Origin: Polyangia bacterium
GTDB taxonomy: Bacteria > Myxococcota_A > Polyangia > Fen-1088
Direction: 5' to 3'
Assembly: GCA_035546895.1 (NCBI GenBank)
Contig: DASZVW010000179.1
Span: 1-33,286, forward strand
DNA length: 33,286 bases
The position numbers and the translations under genes were made by a program. The notes under the pieces were generated by a model that worked only from the letters and a program-made list of their open reading frames with translations, searched no databases and was not told the DNA's origin. Below are positions 32,397-33,286 of this stretch, piece after piece. Position 1 is the stretch's first letter. The number at the start of each line of letters is the position of its first letter.

Positions 32397-33286
32397 CTAC
32401 TGTGCGAACGGATCCACCCAGCGAGTGTCCGTCGGACGTGGCGTCGCCCCCGCCTTAGAGGACAAGTCCGCGAGGCCCTGGAGGGCCTGTGGATACCCTG
32501 GTTGTTCAGCGAGCGCCTCCTGGAAACGAGCTCGCGCCGTTGCTGCATCTCCTTGCGTCTCGGCGACCCGCCCCAGCAGTACCTTCGCCGAGGCCCGGAT
32601 GCGAGGTGCCGCGCTGCTGGCCAAGGCCTGGTTGGCACTCGAACTCGCATCGTCGAGGCGTCCCAACCTAAGGAGGGCGTACCCACGATTGGTCATCGCT
32701 CCTGTCATCTTCGAATCGAGGGCTATCGCCCGATCGAATAGCGCGAGGGACTCCTCGAGCTTCCCTTCCTGGAGAAGCTGCCCCCCGCGTCGATTGAGTT
32801 GGGAGGCGTTCTCGAGGTCGATGCCAGCGGTCGGATCGGCGGCTGCCGCTGGAACCTGCACAGTGGATGCCTCTTCGAGTGGGCCTGCCGGATCAACACC
32901 CTGAGGCGGGTCCGCTACGGGCTTGCCGGCCCACAGAGTTGCGTTCCCTTTCGTGCCGACCTTCGCCTCCGAGGGCCCAGTCGCCGAGACGGCCGCTGGC
33001 GGAGGGCATGGCCCGAAGAAGCTGGTTTGAACCGGGTCAGCGCCGCGGACGGCAGACGACTCAGCCTGCCATCGCATCAAGACGTCCTGACATTCGACCC
33101 CGTCGAATCCACCGTCGTGTAGGTATTGCAGAACCTGACAGCGGGCAGCGAAGAAGCCCTTGCTGTCCTGGACCTGAACCCAAGGTGGAAGGCCCGCGAC
33201 GCCCTTTGTGAAAGCTCCCGGTCGCAGCCCGCTCAGCAGCCGAATCACCTGCTCAGATCCGCCGCAGCTTGTGTTGTGGTCGAGGA
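32397..33286 (-). CDS. TPR-repeat protein; the frame stays open to the window edge, so the N-terminus may lie outside
   Basis: The C-terminal half shows TPR-like repeats (LNRRGGQLLQEGKLEESLALFDRAIALD, MTNRGYALLRLGRLDDASSSANQALA, ARARFQEALAEQPGYPQALQGLADL). The listed start at 33248 is a GTG, and no stop lies upstream in frame. Confidence 0.65.
   Translation of the reverse strand, partial: LDHNTSCGGSEQVIRLLSGLRPGAFTKGVAGLPPWVQVQDSKGFFAARCQVLQYLHDGGFDGVECQDVLMRWQAESSAVRGADPVQTSFFGPCPPPAAVSATGPSEAKVGTKGNATLWAGKPVADPPQGVDPAGPLEEASTVQVPAAAADPTAGIDLENASQLNRRGGQLLQEGKLEESLALFDRAIALDSKMTGAMTNRGYALLRLGRLDDASSSANQALASSAAPRIRASAKVLLGRVAETQGDAATARARFQEALAEQPGYPQALQGLADLSSKAGATPRPTDTRWVDPFAQ

Larger units (their letters stand above)
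1167..33286. mobile_element. Integrative conjugative element (left end at the recA junction; right end not in the window)
   Basis: A serine recombinase sits at the junction. The region also holds a Trb-type T4SS gene set, topoisomerase III, SSB paralogues, a toxin-antitoxin pair and a defence-like cargo. No recA 3' half appears in any frame up to 33286. Confidence 0.65.

Noticed and set aside
1-33286. CRISPR arrays, tRNA/rRNA genes, the recA 3' half, a second att site, reverse transcriptase or retron-like elements
   Set aside because: I scanned the sequence by eye and checked the six-frame translations. I found no regular short repeat-spacer array, no tRNA-like or rRNA-like segment, no RecA C-terminal motifs and no RT motifs. 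A by-eye scan cannot exclude small RNAs.

Overview
High-GC bacterial DNA; a Myxococcota-like host is my inference from gene content only. The first ~1.17 kb is chromosomal: the 3' end of comM/yifB, then recA. recA loses all RecA similarity after codon 195/196 (nt ~1165). At that point a large serine recombinase gene ends on the opposite strand, and the junction carries a perfect 7-bp inverted repeat around a central GT. From there to the window end the content is that of an integrative conjugative element (ICE) more than 32 kb long. No recA 3' half or second att site is visible in the window. Contents, left to right: (1) the recombinase; (2) a lower-GC cargo island at 3.2-9.9 kb, holding an HNH-STAND NTPase-TPR protein (Avs-like defence candidate), a protein made of four tandem AP2 DNA-binding domains, and several orphan genes; (3) a minus-strand DNA-processing and transfer block with topoisomerase III, a two-OB-fold protein, a tandem-OB SSB, trbI-trbG-trbF-trbL, an oppositely oriented Cys-rich secreted protein in the trbK position, trbJ-trbE-trbD-trbC and a third SSB; (4) a right-hand cargo region with orphan secreted and membrane proteins, an mqsR/mqsA toxin-antitoxin pair translationally coupled to a third gene, and a TPR protein running off the window. 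No trbB/virB11, coupling protein or relaxase is seen. The feature least explained by the genes is a ~44-nt conserved motif. It occurs four times in one orientation, just 5' of minus-strand genes that head or restart that strand's gene blocks (recombinase region, trbF, trbL, ssb-trbC). No rRNA, tRNA or CRISPR array was recognised. All functional calls come from reading the ORF translations against remembered family motifs; no database search was run.
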